A program made the translations under genes and the position numbers. A stretch of DNA of 64,000 nt from Thermoflexia bacterium (lineage in GTDB: Bacteria; Chloroflexota; Anaerolineae; B4-G1; SLSP01): contig DUEJ01000002.1 in NCBI GenBank assembly GCA_011192175.1, positions 26 through 64,025 on the forward strand. The letters run 5' to 3'. Under the pieces are notes generated by a model. It was not told where the DNA came from, did not search any database, and was given only the letters and a program-made list of their open reading frames with translations. This document shows, in pieces, positions 51,342-60,468 of this stretch (positions are counted from its first letter, which is position 1; every line of letters starts with the position of its first letter).

Positions 51342-52169
51342 ATGACGTTGAGAAGCTGGAAAATTGCTAATATCTTCATCTGGAGTGGGGTCACACTGCT
51401 CTTGTTGGGGATAGGGCTTAACTATCCGCTCTTTCAACCTTGTTTTGCTACGTTACTAAAAACCCGACAGCTTGCCGCGGCGCCTTCCTTTGAGGAGAGT
51501 GGAGCGGAGATACCCATCCCCCAGCTTGCCGCGGACGCGCCGCTAGCCAGTCGCCCCGTTGTTACCGTGACGGGACCGGCAACGCCAGAGAAGAGTCCTC
51601 CCGCTCCTGACGCCCGGACGGTGACAAGCACTCCTTTGCCGCCAACCGCAACTATTCCAGTTCCATCCCCCTCCCCAGCAGGGACGCTCCCTCAATATAT
51701 CCGCATCCCCTCTATCGGATTAGCAGCCCCCATCGTTCCAGTAAAAGAAAAAGCGCTAGCGAGTAGTGAAGCCGGCCAGATAACCTGGGGGGTGCCTGAT
51801 TGGGAGGCGGTCGGGTGGCATAATAGCTCGGCGTTACTGGGAGAGTCTGGCAATACGGTGCTCAATGGGCACAATACGACGCGGGGTGAGGTCTTCCGCG
51901 ACCTCTATCAAGTGGAGGAGGGCGCATACATTCTGCTCACAGGGGAAGATCAAAAAACCTATCCCTATCATGTTGCGCACATCTATATTTTGGAAGAACG
52001 GGGGCAGCCTCTGGAGGTGCGCCACGAAAACGCGCAGTACATTCAAACTACCCTTGATAAGAGAGTGACGTTGGTAACTTGTCATCCTTACGCCAGCACC
52101 CGTTACCGGTTAATTGTGATTGCCAGACCAACCGCTAAACTAAATTTGAGCGCAGGAAGAGGAGAATAG
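51342..52169 (+). CDS. sortase-family transpeptidase
   Basis: N-terminal TM and a Pro-rich linker. NTVLNGHNT (His), TLVTCHPY (TLxTC Cys), RYRLIVIA (Arg). Confidence 0.85.
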   Translation: MTLRSWKIANIFIWSGVTLLLLGIGLNYPLFQPCFATLLKTRQLAAAPSFEESGAEIPIPQLAADAPLASRPVVTVTGPATPEKSPPAPDARTVTSTPLPPTATIPVPSPSPAGTLPQYIRIPSIGLAAPIVPVKEKALASSEAGQITWGVPDWEAVGWHNSSALLGESGNTVLNGHNTTRGEVFRDLYQVEEGAYILLTGEDQKTYPYHVAHIYILEERGQPLEVRHENAQYIQTTLDKRVTLVTCHPYASTRYRLIVIARPTAKLNLSAGRGE

Positions 52170-52171
52170 AG

Positions 52172-52672
52172 ATGTTAGTCAAATTAGTACGCCGTATCCG
52201 CCGTAATCATGCTCTGGAACATGCTACTATCAACTTGTTAGGCCGGCTCCAGAGCGATTCACAGACAGTCGGAATTTCTGGCCCCCGAGGGTTCACGCTC
52301 TACACCGATCTCACCATAGAAGAAGTTTATCCCGCTGTACAGCAGGCCTTAGCGGCATTGCAGCAAGGGCGTGCGGAGCTGGCTATACACCCTAACTGTG
52401 GAACTAACCTTCTGACCACGGCGTTGCTCACCACCATCACGACGGTGTTAGGATTACGGCGTAAACAGGAACAGAAATCTGATCGCGTGGAGAATTTCCT
52501 GCAATTGGTACTCCTTAACGCGCTGATGTTGGTGCTGGCCCGCCCCATGGGTTTTTGGGTCCAGGCCAATCTGACGGTGGATCCCCGGGTGCAAGACCTC
52601 AAAATCTCGGCCATCCTCAGCCGGCAGCGAGGTAGATTACAATGCATCGAAGTTCAGACGGTACAAGGGTAA
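52172..52672 (+). CDS. conserved hypothetical protein with RNHALEHAT motif
   Basis: 166 aa with a hydrophobic central segment. It is tightly packed between the sortase and holA genes (2-4 nt gaps). Confidence 0.5.
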   Translation: MLVKLVRRIRRNHALEHATINLLGRLQSDSQTVGISGPRGFTLYTDLTIEEVYPAVQQALAALQQGRAELAIHPNCGTNLLTTALLTTITTVLGLRRKQEQKSDRVENFLQLVLLNALMLVLARPMGFWVQANLTVDPRVQDLKISAILSRQRGRLQCIEVQTVQG

Positions 52673-52676
52673 ACTA

Positions 52677-53639
52677 ATGTTCTACATTATCCACGGCGAT
52701 AACCTGCTGGAGCAGCAGGAATATCTAGGCCAGTTACAAGCGGCGCAAGCGGCAAAGGAAGAGTTCGCGGATTTGAATAACGAGACTCTATCGGCGCCGC
52801 TCTCGTTGGGCAAGTTACAACATGCTTGTGATACGCTTCCCTTTTTAGGCGGCCACCGGCTTATCACTGTGAAGAACGCGCTGGCGGAGAGCAACAAAAG
52901 TTGGTTGAAAGAGGCGGCGGCTTATCTGCCCGGTCTTCCCGATTCCACCGTGCTGGTCTTTGTGGAGCAACGCGCGCTGCCCAAAAGCAACCCCGTCTTG
53001 AAGTTGGCCCAGCAGCAAGGGAGCAGCGCGCGGATCAAGCTTTATATGCTCCCGCGACAAAAAGCCTTGTCTGGTTGGATCCGGGAACGTGCTCAGAAGT
53101 TGGGGAGCTGCATTGAGCCGGCTGCGGCAGCGTTGCTGGCACGCAATATCGGGGTCCAACTTCAGCAGCTGGATCAAGAGCTCCACAAGCTCAAACTCTA
53201 CCACGGGGAGAGCGGCGCGATCACGTTGGCAGAGGTGCGCTTGTTAGTGCCCTACGTGCAGAGCGCCGATGTCATCTTTGACTTGGTGGATGCACTAGGA
53301 CAGCGTAACCCGCGGATCGCGGCGCGGCATCTGCATCGTCTATTGGATACCAACGAACCGCCATTACGTATCTTTGGCATGATCGTGCGCCAATATCGAC
53401 TGCTGATCCAAGTGCGCTGGCTGATGCAACACCAGCATCCCGCAGTGGAGATCGCCAAGCGGCTCAAGTTACATCCTTATGTAACGAAAAAAACCTACCA
53501 GCAAGCCACGCTCTTCACGCACGCGCAGCTACTACAAGCTTATGAGATCCTCCGAGAGAGTGATCGGGCCATCAAAACCGGGAAGCTGAGCGCCGAAACC
53601 GCGTTAGATTTATTGGTGGCGCGTTTGACCGCGCTCTGA
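52677..53639 (+). CDS. holA: DNA polymerase III delta subunit
   Basis: 320 aa. N-terminal FYIIHGDN..., overall HolA helix pattern, and C-terminal AIKTGK. Confidence 0.75.
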   Translation: MFYIIHGDNLLEQQEYLGQLQAAQAAKEEFADLNNETLSAPLSLGKLQHACDTLPFLGGHRLITVKNALAESNKSWLKEAAAYLPGLPDSTVLVFVEQRALPKSNPVLKLAQQQGSSARIKLYMLPRQKALSGWIRERAQKLGSCIEPAAAALLARNIGVQLQQLDQELHKLKLYHGESGAITLAEVRLLVPYVQSADVIFDLVDALGQRNPRIAARHLHRLLDTNEPPLRIFGMIVRQYRLLIQVRWLMQHQHPAVEIAKRLKLHPYVTKKTYQQATLFTHAQLLQAYEILRESDRAIKTGKLSAETALDLLVARLTAL

Positions 53640-53702
53640 GCTGCGGGTTAAAAGTCGTCAGCTGGGGACCCGCGCAGTGACCGGTAAGCACTAAGTTGCC
53701 CT

Positions 53703-53927
53703 TTACTCGCTCTCTTCTCGTCCAATCCAGAGGTGATCCCGCAACACAGTTGCCGAAGGACGTAAAAGCACCCCGTTGACCTGCCGTTCCCCGTCGGGCA
53801 AAGATTGAGGGTTCACGTAGCAGATATTCGGGACCTCGCCAAACCGTTCACGATAACGTTTAACGGCTTTGGTCAGTTGCGAAGACAACCCTTTTTTTCT
53901 CCCGTACCAGAGTAATCCAATCTCCAT
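53703..53927 (-). CDS. 74-aa protein, unknown function (4th gene of the SOS-box operon)
   Basis: ATG 53927 shares one nt with the upstream stop (TGATG). MEIGLLWYGRKKGLSSQLTKAVKRYRERFGEVPNICYVNP... The tail (GREESE) is encoded by a GAGCGAG-type repeat. Confidence 0.5.
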   Translation of the reverse strand: MEIGLLWYGRKKGLSSQLTKAVKRYRERFGEVPNICYVNPQSLPDGERQVNGVLLRPSATVLRDHLWIGREESE

Positions 53928-54193
53928 CAGGAGACCTTCTGCGCTAAATACCACGCATTCAAATTCACATCTTGATAGAGATCAAAAATACCCTCCACGC
54001 ATTTCACCCGGAAGAAATGGCGTGGCTCTCTGCCGCCCCGGGCCATCTCCGTCCAGGCGCGTTCTACCGCGTAGACGTTATATTTCTCACCGCGCCAGAG
54101 AAAGCGTCGTGGAAAATAATTATGCCGCCGAGATAATAGAGCGATAGGTTCAGACTTACTCTGTGACCAGAGCGCAATTCCCCCAATATTCAT
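53927..54193 (-). CDS. 88-aa protein, unknown function (3rd gene of the SOS-box operon)
   Basis: ATGA overlap with the upstream gene. The pattern FLWRGEKYNVYAVERAW...HFFRVKCVEGIFDLYQD...WYLAQKV recalls small domains I remember next to ImuB-type polymerases (unverified). Confidence 0.55.
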   Translation of the reverse strand: MNIGGIALWSQSKSEPIALLSRRHNYFPRRFLWRGEKYNVYAVERAWTEMARGGREPRHFFRVKCVEGIFDLYQDVNLNAWYLAQKVS

Positions 54194-54579
54194 TGTTCTC
54201 CTCCTACAATCGTAAATTTACGTTCCGCCCGCGCCATCTCCCAGCTCCCTGCTTGCCGGTTATGCGCCCCCGGTTCTGCGCGCTGTGGCCCATAACCAGG
54301 TAAGGCGGAAGGAGCAATCACCACCACGGGGAGGTTTCGCTCTGCGGGTCGATATTGTCGCGCTTCTTGGTAATGCAGCTCCTGACGCCGCCAGATAAAC
54401 GCCAACAATCCCACCAGGGGAAGCATGGCGATGATGCCTACTGCCAAGCCAATTAAGAGGGCCAGCGCATCATTACTAAGCCGTTGAGTGACGATCACCG
54501 CGACTGTAATGATAAATAGTATACTGACCAAAGCGCCAAACCGTTTGAGACGTTTGCCCAGGGACTCTTCTCTCTCCAT
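54190..54579 (-). CDS. small membrane protein (2 TM), unknown function (2nd gene of the SOS-box operon)
   Basis: GAGGAGG RBS before ATG 54579. Two hydrophobic helices followed by a cytoplasmic tail. Confidence 0.6.
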   Translation of the reverse strand: MEREESLGKRLKRFGALVSILFIITVAVIVTQRLSNDALALLIGLAVGIIAMLPLVGLLAFIWRRQELHYQEARQYRPAERNLPVVVIAPSALPGYGPQRAEPGAHNRQAGSWEMARAERKFTIVGGEQ

Positions 54580-54596
54580 CAACTACCTCCTCTCAG

Positions 54597-55697
54597 CTAG
54601 CTTGCTTCTGCATACAACAACCCTTTACGCTCCAAGTTAGGGACCCCCATACTGCTGTCTAGCCGAAAATTACCCGCTTTGGTGCGCAATTCCGCCTCAC
54701 TGACAAAGGCGACTTGGAATCGAATCGGTTCTCCGCCCCCGCCCACCGCTAGAAAATCACCGCGTCCGCTTAACAAATGCGCATCAGTGCCGCCGCGTCC
54801 CGTAGCCACTCTGGCATCACTGGCGGAGACCACTTTTCCCACCAATCGCAAGGGGAAGTTAGCCCGCATCAACCCACTCATGATTGCCGAAGAGGGGCGT
54901 TGCGTCGCGGCTACAATATGAATTCCCGCCTCGCGGCCCCGTTGCACCAAGCGCGTCAGTAATTTGGTGATCTCATCGCCGCCTTGAAAAATCAAGTCGG
55001 CCAGCTCGTCTATTAACAAGACAATGCAAGGGGAATCCTCTCGCTGGCGGTCGCGCATTTCCATCGCGCGTACCAATGATCTGAGAGCTTCTAATATCTC
55101 CGCCAGCTCTGTCACCGGAGGGCGCAACAAATGTGGCGCGCCCGTCAAGCCCTGAAAGGCACGCCCCTTAGGATCCAACGCCAACAAGCGCAATTGCTCT
55201 GGCCGGTGAGTCAAGAGCAGCGAGAGTGCAATAGTGCGCAATAAGACGCTCTTCCCGGAGCCGGTGGTGCCCGCGATCAAAATATGAGCTACTTCTGGCG
55301 AGGAGAGCCGCGCCAATAAAGGGAGCCCCTCATCGGTCAACCCTAGCAGCGCCGTAGAGAGCGGTACCGGATCTGGCGACCCATCGGCGGCTCTCAAAAT
55401 CGGCGGCAGCAGATTCGAGAGGGTTACTGGTTGTGGTTTAGGATTATCAAACGCCAAAATAACGCCCTCTTTGCCACGCTTGACCCGCAGAGTAGTTACC
55501 TTCAGAGACAAAGCCATATCGTCAGCCAGCCGGCGAATAGCAGCATAACGAATATGCGGCGCTGGACTCAAGAAAAACTTGATCAGCCGCGGGCCAACTG
55601 TCCCGCCAGTTACTCGGCCAGGAGCACGGTGTGCGAATAAGACACTTTCAACGCGATCTGCTTGATTTTCTAAATATCCGCGTAAAGGTTGGGACAT
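54597..55697 (-). CDS. stand-alone FtsK/SpoIIIE-type DNA-translocase ATPase domain protein
   Basis: 366 aa: GGTVGPRLIKFFLSP...IRRLADDMALSL (alpha domain), Walker A IAGTTGSGKS, Walker B IVLLIDELADL, GIHIVAATQRPS. There is no N-terminal TM region and no gamma domain. Confidence 0.85.
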   Translation of the reverse strand: MSQPLRGYLENQADRVESVLFAHRAPGRVTGGTVGPRLIKFFLSPAPHIRYAAIRRLADDMALSLKVTTLRVKRGKEGVILAFDNPKPQPVTLSNLLPPILRAADGSPDPVPLSTALLGLTDEGLPLLARLSSPEVAHILIAGTTGSGKSVLLRTIALSLLLTHRPEQLRLLALDPKGRAFQGLTGAPHLLRPPVTELAEILEALRSLVRAMEMRDRQREDSPCIVLLIDELADLIFQGGDEITKLLTRLVQRGREAGIHIVAATQRPSSAIMSGLMRANFPLRLVGKVVSASDARVATGRGGTDAHLLSGRGDFLAVGGGGEPIRFQVAFVSEAELRTKAGNFRLDSSMGVPNLERKGLLYAEAS

Positions 55698-55722
55698 GCT
55701 AGCTCCTTACTATAATATGATT

Positions 55723-55736
55723 AGAACATCCGTTCT
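55723..55736. promoter_or_regulatory. LexA-type SOS box AGAACATCCGTTCT (proximal)
   Basis: GAAC-N4-GTTC palindrome located at about +1 of the minus-strand promoter. Confidence 0.7.
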
Positions 55737-55742
55737 TATCAT

Positions 55743-55771
55743 ATTATAGAACATCCGTTCTACTATGTCAA
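55743..55771 (-). promoter_or_regulatory. consensus promoter TTGACA-17-TATAAT of the FtsK-like operon
   Basis: The minus strand reads cTTGACAtagtagaacggatgttcTATAATatgataagaacggatgttct...AGGAGctagcATG. Confidence 0.7.
55748..55761. promoter_or_regulatory. LexA-type SOS box AGAACATCCGTTCT (distal, inside the -35/-10 spacer)
   Basis: Identical 14-mer, centre-to-centre 25 nt from the proximal box. It overlaps the first T of the -10. Confidence 0.7.
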
Positions 55772-55800
55772 GTCTTTTTTGGGCGAGATGAGAATTTCAC

Positions 55801-55830
55801 TTGACAATTACGGAGGGCTTATGATATAGT
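55801..55830 (+). promoter_or_regulatory. promoter TTGACA-18-(TGa)TATAGT with extended -10
   Basis: Read directly. It is divergent from the SOS promoter and 233 nt upstream of the sigA start. Confidence 0.5.
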
Positions 55831-55852
55831 CAAGGTATTAGAGAAAAGATAG

Positions 55853-55890
55853 AAAGAGCACGGATGGTCTACGCCACCAGTGCTCTTTTT
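55853..55890 (+). terminator. hairpin + T5 about 25 nt downstream of the 55801 promoter
   Basis: aaagagcac / gtgctcttt forms a 9-bp stem with an 18-nt loop, ending in TTTTT. Confidence 0.45.
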
Positions 55891-55993
55891 GAGCCTAATC
55901 CACCAATTATGAACGTCGTTAGGAAAGAAAACTAGAATTTTGTAATTTTTGTATCAACAGTTTTCCATCTTAATGTTATTCAGGAAAACTCAC

Positions 55994-56022
55994 TTGAACA
56001 TTTTTAGAAATTAGGATACACT
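55994..56022 (+). promoter_or_regulatory. promoter TTGAAC-17-TACACT proximal to sigA
   Basis: Read directly, 41 nt upstream of the TTG start. Confidence 0.45.
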
Positions 56023-56062
56023 AAGTCAAGGAAATCGTATTCATACAAGTAAGGATCTAAAT

Positions 56063-57265
56063 TTGAGCAAGAAAAAGAATTACGGAAAAGAAAAACATTT
56101 GCAAGCTCAACAATCTGGTGAAGAATACCTCTTCACGGTCGGAGAGGAACAAGGATTCGTCACATACGATGATATCCTCACTATTTTCCCAGAAGTGGAG
56201 ACTAATATCGAGCGCCTAGATGAAATTATCATGGCCCTCATCGAGAATGATATTCTTATCGGGAAACCGGGAGCGGACCGCGCCGAAGCTCTCCAGGATC
56301 ACGCTGACGGCGATCATGATGCGGATGTAGACGCCACAGAAGATGATATTTATCGCGCTATTGCCATAGACGACCCCATTGGCATCTACCTAAAGGAAAT
56401 AGGTAAAGTTTCCCTATTAACCGCAGGCCAAGAGGTTGAACTGGCCAAACGCATGGAAGCCGGCAGACAGGCGCAACGCAAGCTAAAACGTGTGCGTCTG
56501 CCAGAAAAACGCAATAAATATCAGAAGATCATGGAAGATGGCATTATGGCCCGTGAGCATCTGGTGCGCGCTAACTCGCGACTGGTTATCAGTATCGCTA
56601 AGAAATATATTGGGCGGGGAGTTCCCTTCCTAGATCTCATCCAAGAAGGGAATATCGGACTGATCCGCGCGGCTAATAAATTTGAGTATCAACGCGGACA
56701 TAAATTCTCCACTTATGCTACCTGGTGGATTAGACAGGCTGTCACACGCGCCATCGCGGATCAGAGCCGCACTATTCGGGTTCCCGTTCACATGGGGGAT
56801 CAGATCAGCAAGTTGTTACGCATTTCACATAAGCTTACCCAACGCTTGCGACGCGATCCTACGCCTGCGGAGATGGCAGAAGAGCTGGATATCCCGATCG
56901 ACAAAGTAGAGCACATGCTGGATGTGGCACGCCGGCCGCTTTCGTTGGAGATGCCCACCGATGATGAGCAAAGTAGCACGCTGGGTGACTTTGTAGAGGA
57001 TAAAGATAGTCCGGCGCCACCGGACGAGGTGGGAGGCGCGATTTTAAAGGATCTCCTGATGGGAATTCTGACGGATTTACCGCCTCGCGAGGTCAAGATA
57101 CTCCAGATGCGCTACGGGTTGTTGGACGGGGAGACGTACACGCTCCAAGAGGTGGGCAAAAAAATGGGCGTCACGCGCGAACGAGTGCGTCAAATTGAGG
57201 CCCAGGCGCTTAGTCGTCTACGGCATCCAGCTCATGCGCGGCGGTTACGTGATTTCTTGCAGTAA
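56063..57265 (+). CDS. sigA: primary (group 1) RNA polymerase sigma factor
   Basis: Region 2 is [30 protein letters not shown]. Region 4 is [27 protein letters not shown] start with an AAGGA RBS. Confidence 0.9.
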   Translation: MSKKKNYGKEKHLQAQQSGEEYLFTVGEEQGFVTYDDILTIFPEVETNIERLDEIIMALIENDILIGKPGADRAEALQDHADGDHDADVDATEDDIYRAIAIDDPIGIYLKEIGKVSLLTAGQEVELAKRMEAGRQAQRKLKRVRLPEKRNKYQKIMEDGIMAREHLVRANSRLVISIAKKYIGRGVPFLDLIQEGNIGLIRAANKFEYQRGHKFSTYATWWIRQAVTRAIADQSRTIRVPVHMGDQISKLLRISHKLTQRLRRDPTPAEMAEELDIPIDKVEHMLDVARRPLSLEMPTDDEQSSTLGDFVEDKDSPAPPDEVGGAILKDLLMGILTDLPPREVKILQMRYGLLDGETYTLQEVGKKMGVTRERVRQIEAQALSRLRHPAHARRLRDFLQ

Positions 57266-57285
57266 CATAGTGTCTGCATAAAACA

Positions 57286-57319
57286 CCCGGCGGCCAGGAT
57301 AAAAATCCTGGCCGCCGGG
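57286..57319. terminator. bidirectional terminator between convergent sigA and tsaC
   Basis: cccggcggccagga / tcctggccgccggg forms a 14-bp stem. An A-tract lies on the left flank. Confidence 0.7.
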
Positions 57320-57324
57320 CTGTA

Positions 57325-58419
57325 CTAGTCCCCGCAGGTGGACTTCGCTAGACTCCCTTCAACGTGGACTACTCTTCCCCCGGCAGCTCTCGTTAACCGG
57401 TCGCGGAGCGCTAGTCCTAGTCCCGCTATACCAAAATCGCGAGCGAGGATTAGATCTACAGCGGCTCTATCTAACGCGCGGAGAGTCGGGAAGAGAGATT
57501 GAGCCACTAAATCCAGCCGCGCTAACGGTCCCGCAGCGCGCAGAATCAGCGGCAAACCGGAGAAGAAAGGTAAATCCTCTTGAGCTAGAAACAAGCCTAC
57601 GCGCTTACCGCTCGCGTGCTGGCGCATAGCCTCTTGACGCATTGCTCTTAACAACGTCGTTCCTTGTCCCTGATACAAAATCAGGCGGGCAGCGGGGGCG
57701 TAATGTTGCGACAATGTGCCGGGAGAGTGCGCGGTCTCGCCATTCTCTACTGGTTTCATACGGAACGCCACCTCTCCCAATACCGCGCTCAACGCCTCGC
57801 GACTTACTCCGCCGGGACGGAGGATCGTGGGAACTGGCGTGACCAGGGAAAGCACCGTGGATTCCACGCCCACGCGCGTGGCGCCAGCAGCTAGCACTAG
57901 ATCAATGCGCCCGGCCAGATCGGCGAGGACATCTTCCGCGCAGGTGGGGCTAAGACGGCCAAATCGGTTAGCACTCGGGGCGGCAATCGGCAAATTCGCC
58001 AGCTGTATTAGTTCCAGAGCAACGGGATCTGCGGGAACTCGCACGGCCACCGTGTCACCGCCGGCTGTAACGCTCAAGGGTACCTGTGACCCCCGGGGAA
58101 GCACCAAAGTCAGTGGGCCGGGCCAAAAATGCTCGGCCAGTTCCCAGGCCAACGTCGGTACAAAGCGCACCACGCGCGCCAGCCACCGGGCTTCAGCCAG
58201 ATGCACAATCAACGGGTCATGCGCTGGCCGTCCCTTAGCGGTAAAAATATCAGCGACCGCCTCAGCATCCAGCGCATTCGCCCCCAAGCCATAGACTGTT
58301 TCTGTAGGAAAGGCGACCAATCCTCCTGCGCGTAGCACGGCAGCAGCTTGCTGGATCAAGTGGGGGGCGATATGCCGGGGATCGATTCGGATAATACGTG
58401 TCTCTTTCATATTGGGCAT
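57325..58419 (-). CDS. tsaC: L-threonylcarbamoyladenylate synthase (YrdC + Sua5 domains)
   Basis: GLVAFPTETVYGLGANAL and SANRFGRLSPT, with a C-terminal Sua5 domain. Start is uncertain (58449, 58419 or 58410). Confidence 0.85.
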   Translation of the reverse strand: MPNMKETRIIRIDPRHIAPHLIQQAAAVLRAGGLVAFPTETVYGLGANALDAEAVADIFTAKGRPAHDPLIVHLAEARWLARVVRFVPTLAWELAEHFWPGPLTLVLPRGSQVPLSVTAGGDTVAVRVPADPVALELIQLANLPIAAPSANRFGRLSPTCAEDVLADLAGRIDLVLAAGATRVGVESTVLSLVTPVPTILRPGGVSREALSAVLGEVAFRMKPVENGETAHSPGTLSQHYAPAARLILYQGQGTTLLRAMRQEAMRQHASGKRVGLFLAQEDLPFFSGLPLILRAAGPLARLDLVAQSLFPTLRALDRAAVDLILARDFGIAGLGLALRDRLTRAAGGRVVHVEGSLAKSTCGD

Positions 58420-58512
58420 GATAACAGGAGCCTTGCGCTTGACAAGCACAAAAAGACCGGGACAGGCCCTTTTTATAGCCTGTCCCGGTCATAATTGCTT
58501 TTCGTTTGCGTA

Positions 58513-60153
58513 CTAATGGCTCTTTGCGTGCCGCCGCTTTTTCTTAGCCCAGGGCCAGGAAGAACGTTTTTCTTCTTCTTCTGAATAGTAACCATAGTGA
58601 TAGTATGAACCTCGACCATCCATCGGCACTTTGTTGAGGACTGTCCCTAAGAGGCGCGCTCCACTCCGCCTGACTTGCTCCACTGTATACGCGATTGCTT
58701 GGCGAGCCGTTGAGCCGACCTCCACAACCAACAAGACGCCATCTACCTTAGCGGATAAAATTGTAGCGTCAGCCGCGACCAGAACAGGCGGCGAGTCCAC
58801 GATAACTATCACATCTTCCCGCTCTCTGAAATGCGCTAGCAGCTCTTCCATCCGTCGCGAGCCTAACAGTTCGGTAGGATTGGGGGGGCTATGACCCGGC
58901 GGCAGGAGCTGTATCTCGGGTTGCATCGGGAGCGGTTGTAAATAGCGTTGCCAATCCATTTCAGGTGAGGCTAGAGTCTCACTCAACCCAGGCTCACGCT
59001 CCACCTGCGCATATTTGCACAATTTGGGACGCCGCATATCTGCATCTATCAAAATTACCCGCTTACCGGTGGCTTCTAAGGCCAGAGCTAAATTTAATGC
59101 CACCGTTGATTTCCCTTCGCCGGGACTGGGACTGGTGACTAAAATTGCCTTGAGTGGCTCATCCACGGAGGTGAATTGCAGATTGGTTCGCAAGAGCCGG
59201 TAAGCTTCTGCCCCCAGCGATAAGGGGTGATTGATAATCACCCCGTGCTCCCCAGAACCATTTAATTTGTCCATCTCCGCTTCATGCCAAATCCGCCCCA
59301 AGACCGGCGCCTCAACTAAGCGTTCCGCTTCATTCGCAGATTTTACGCTGGTATCCAGGTATTCTTGCAGGAACACTCCTCCCACCGCGACCATGCTCCC
59401 CACCACGGCAGCCAAGAGCGCGTTCATGGCTTTGCGCGGGCGGATGGGGCCTTCAGGATAGCGCGCCGGCTCGATGATACTTACTAAATCAGCCGCTTGT
59501 AACTCAGCCAGTTGAATACTCTGATAGGCGGTGGTAAGGCGTGATAGGGAATCTTGTAACCGTGTAATTTGTGACTCCAGCTCGCTCCGTTCTGCCGAAT
59601 CTGAGACGGAGTCCAACCGCACTCTATATTCTCCGATATCTTGCTCTAGCGCATCAATCTGCTTTTGCAGACGCGCCAGCGCATCTTGAAAACGTGCAGT
59701 CTGACGTTCCCGGTTCTCTTCCATGAAAACTTGCGCGAGCATATTGGCCAAATCAGCGGTTAGTTGAGCATCTATGCTTTCTACGCTAATTTGGAGTACT
59801 TGAGTATCGCGCACCGGCGTTATTGTTAATTCATAGGGAATTAGCTGCTCTTCAGCGTATCCCAAGCGGAGCAAAGCGGCTTCTTGCAATGGACGGCTGT
59901 TGAGCATCTCGGCGTAGGTCTGCGCGGCCCGCTGGCCGGCCATAATATCTGCGTAATCCGAACCCGTGAGCGAGCTGCTCGGCTGAACTATTATCCGCAC
60001 GGCCGCATGGTAAACAGGCTCTACCATCCATTTACTGATGATATATGCCGTTCCTCCGGCCAGCAGCGCAGCCAGCACAATCAGCCATAACCAGCGACGT
60101 ATCAGTTGCCAGTACATACGTAAATCAATATCCATAGTCAGCTCGTCTTGCAT
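58513..60153 (-). CDS. polysaccharide co-polymerase / BY-family tyrosine autokinase (Wzz + CpsD-like)
   Basis: TM-flanked Wzz domain with a coiled coil. Walker A SPSPGEGKST and a C-terminal Tyr cluster YYHYGYY. Start is uncertain (TTG 60195, or ATG 60153 after GAGGTGG). Confidence 0.85.
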   Translation of the reverse strand: MQDELTMDIDLRMYWQLIRRWLWLIVLAALLAGGTAYIISKWMVEPVYHAAVRIIVQPSSSLTGSDYADIMAGQRAAQTYAEMLNSRPLQEAALLRLGYAEEQLIPYELTITPVRDTQVLQISVESIDAQLTADLANMLAQVFMEENRERQTARFQDALARLQKQIDALEQDIGEYRVRLDSVSDSAERSELESQITRLQDSLSRLTTAYQSIQLAELQAADLVSIIEPARYPEGPIRPRKAMNALLAAVVGSMVAVGGVFLQEYLDTSVKSANEAERLVEAPVLGRIWHEAEMDKLNGSGEHGVIINHPLSLGAEAYRLLRTNLQFTSVDEPLKAILVTSPSPGEGKSTVALNLALALEATGKRVILIDADMRRPKLCKYAQVEREPGLSETLASPEMDWQRYLQPLPMQPEIQLLPPGHSPPNPTELLGSRRMEELLAHFREREDVIVIVDSPPVLVAADATILSAKVDGVLLVVEVGSTARQAIAYTVEQVRRSGARLLGTVLNKVPMDGRGSYYHYGYYSEEEEKRSSWPWAKKKRRHAKSH

Positions 60154-60330
60154 TTGCCACCTCATCTGGTTGAGTGTCAGGTTAGCATACTTCAAATGAT
60201 CATTTCCTACCCACTATAACATGGATTAGCAGCCAAACAATGTGATTTTGTGGGAAGAGATTATTTATTCGCCCTGCTCTCTCTGAGAAATCATGTACAA
60301 TAAAATTGATTCCACTGAAATAAGCTAGTG

Positions 60331-60420
60331 CGCCGCTAAGACGCCAAGAAAAATTTAGTTTTCTGAAGATTAAGTTGAATATCTTTGTGCCTTTGTGGGA
60401 AAAAATCCTGGTTTTTTCAG
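60331..60420. repeat. ~100-nt dispersed intergenic repeat, copy 2 (copy 1 at 13620-13726)
   Basis: See copy 1; it carries the same ordered blocks from CGCCGCTAAGACGC to GGTTTTTTCAG. Confidence 0.75.
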
Positions 60421-60468
60421 CAGAGTCAAAATTGGACAAGCAACTAGAATAAAACAAGGAGCTCCAAA

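Noticed and set aside
51342-52169. Linking the sortase to the [FY]LPLV[LM]R C-terminal tails
   Set aside because: Sortase substrates carry LPXTG-type motifs followed by a hydrophobic helix and a basic tail. The tails here end 2-3 residues after the motif and lack Thr-Gly. There is no positional linkage.
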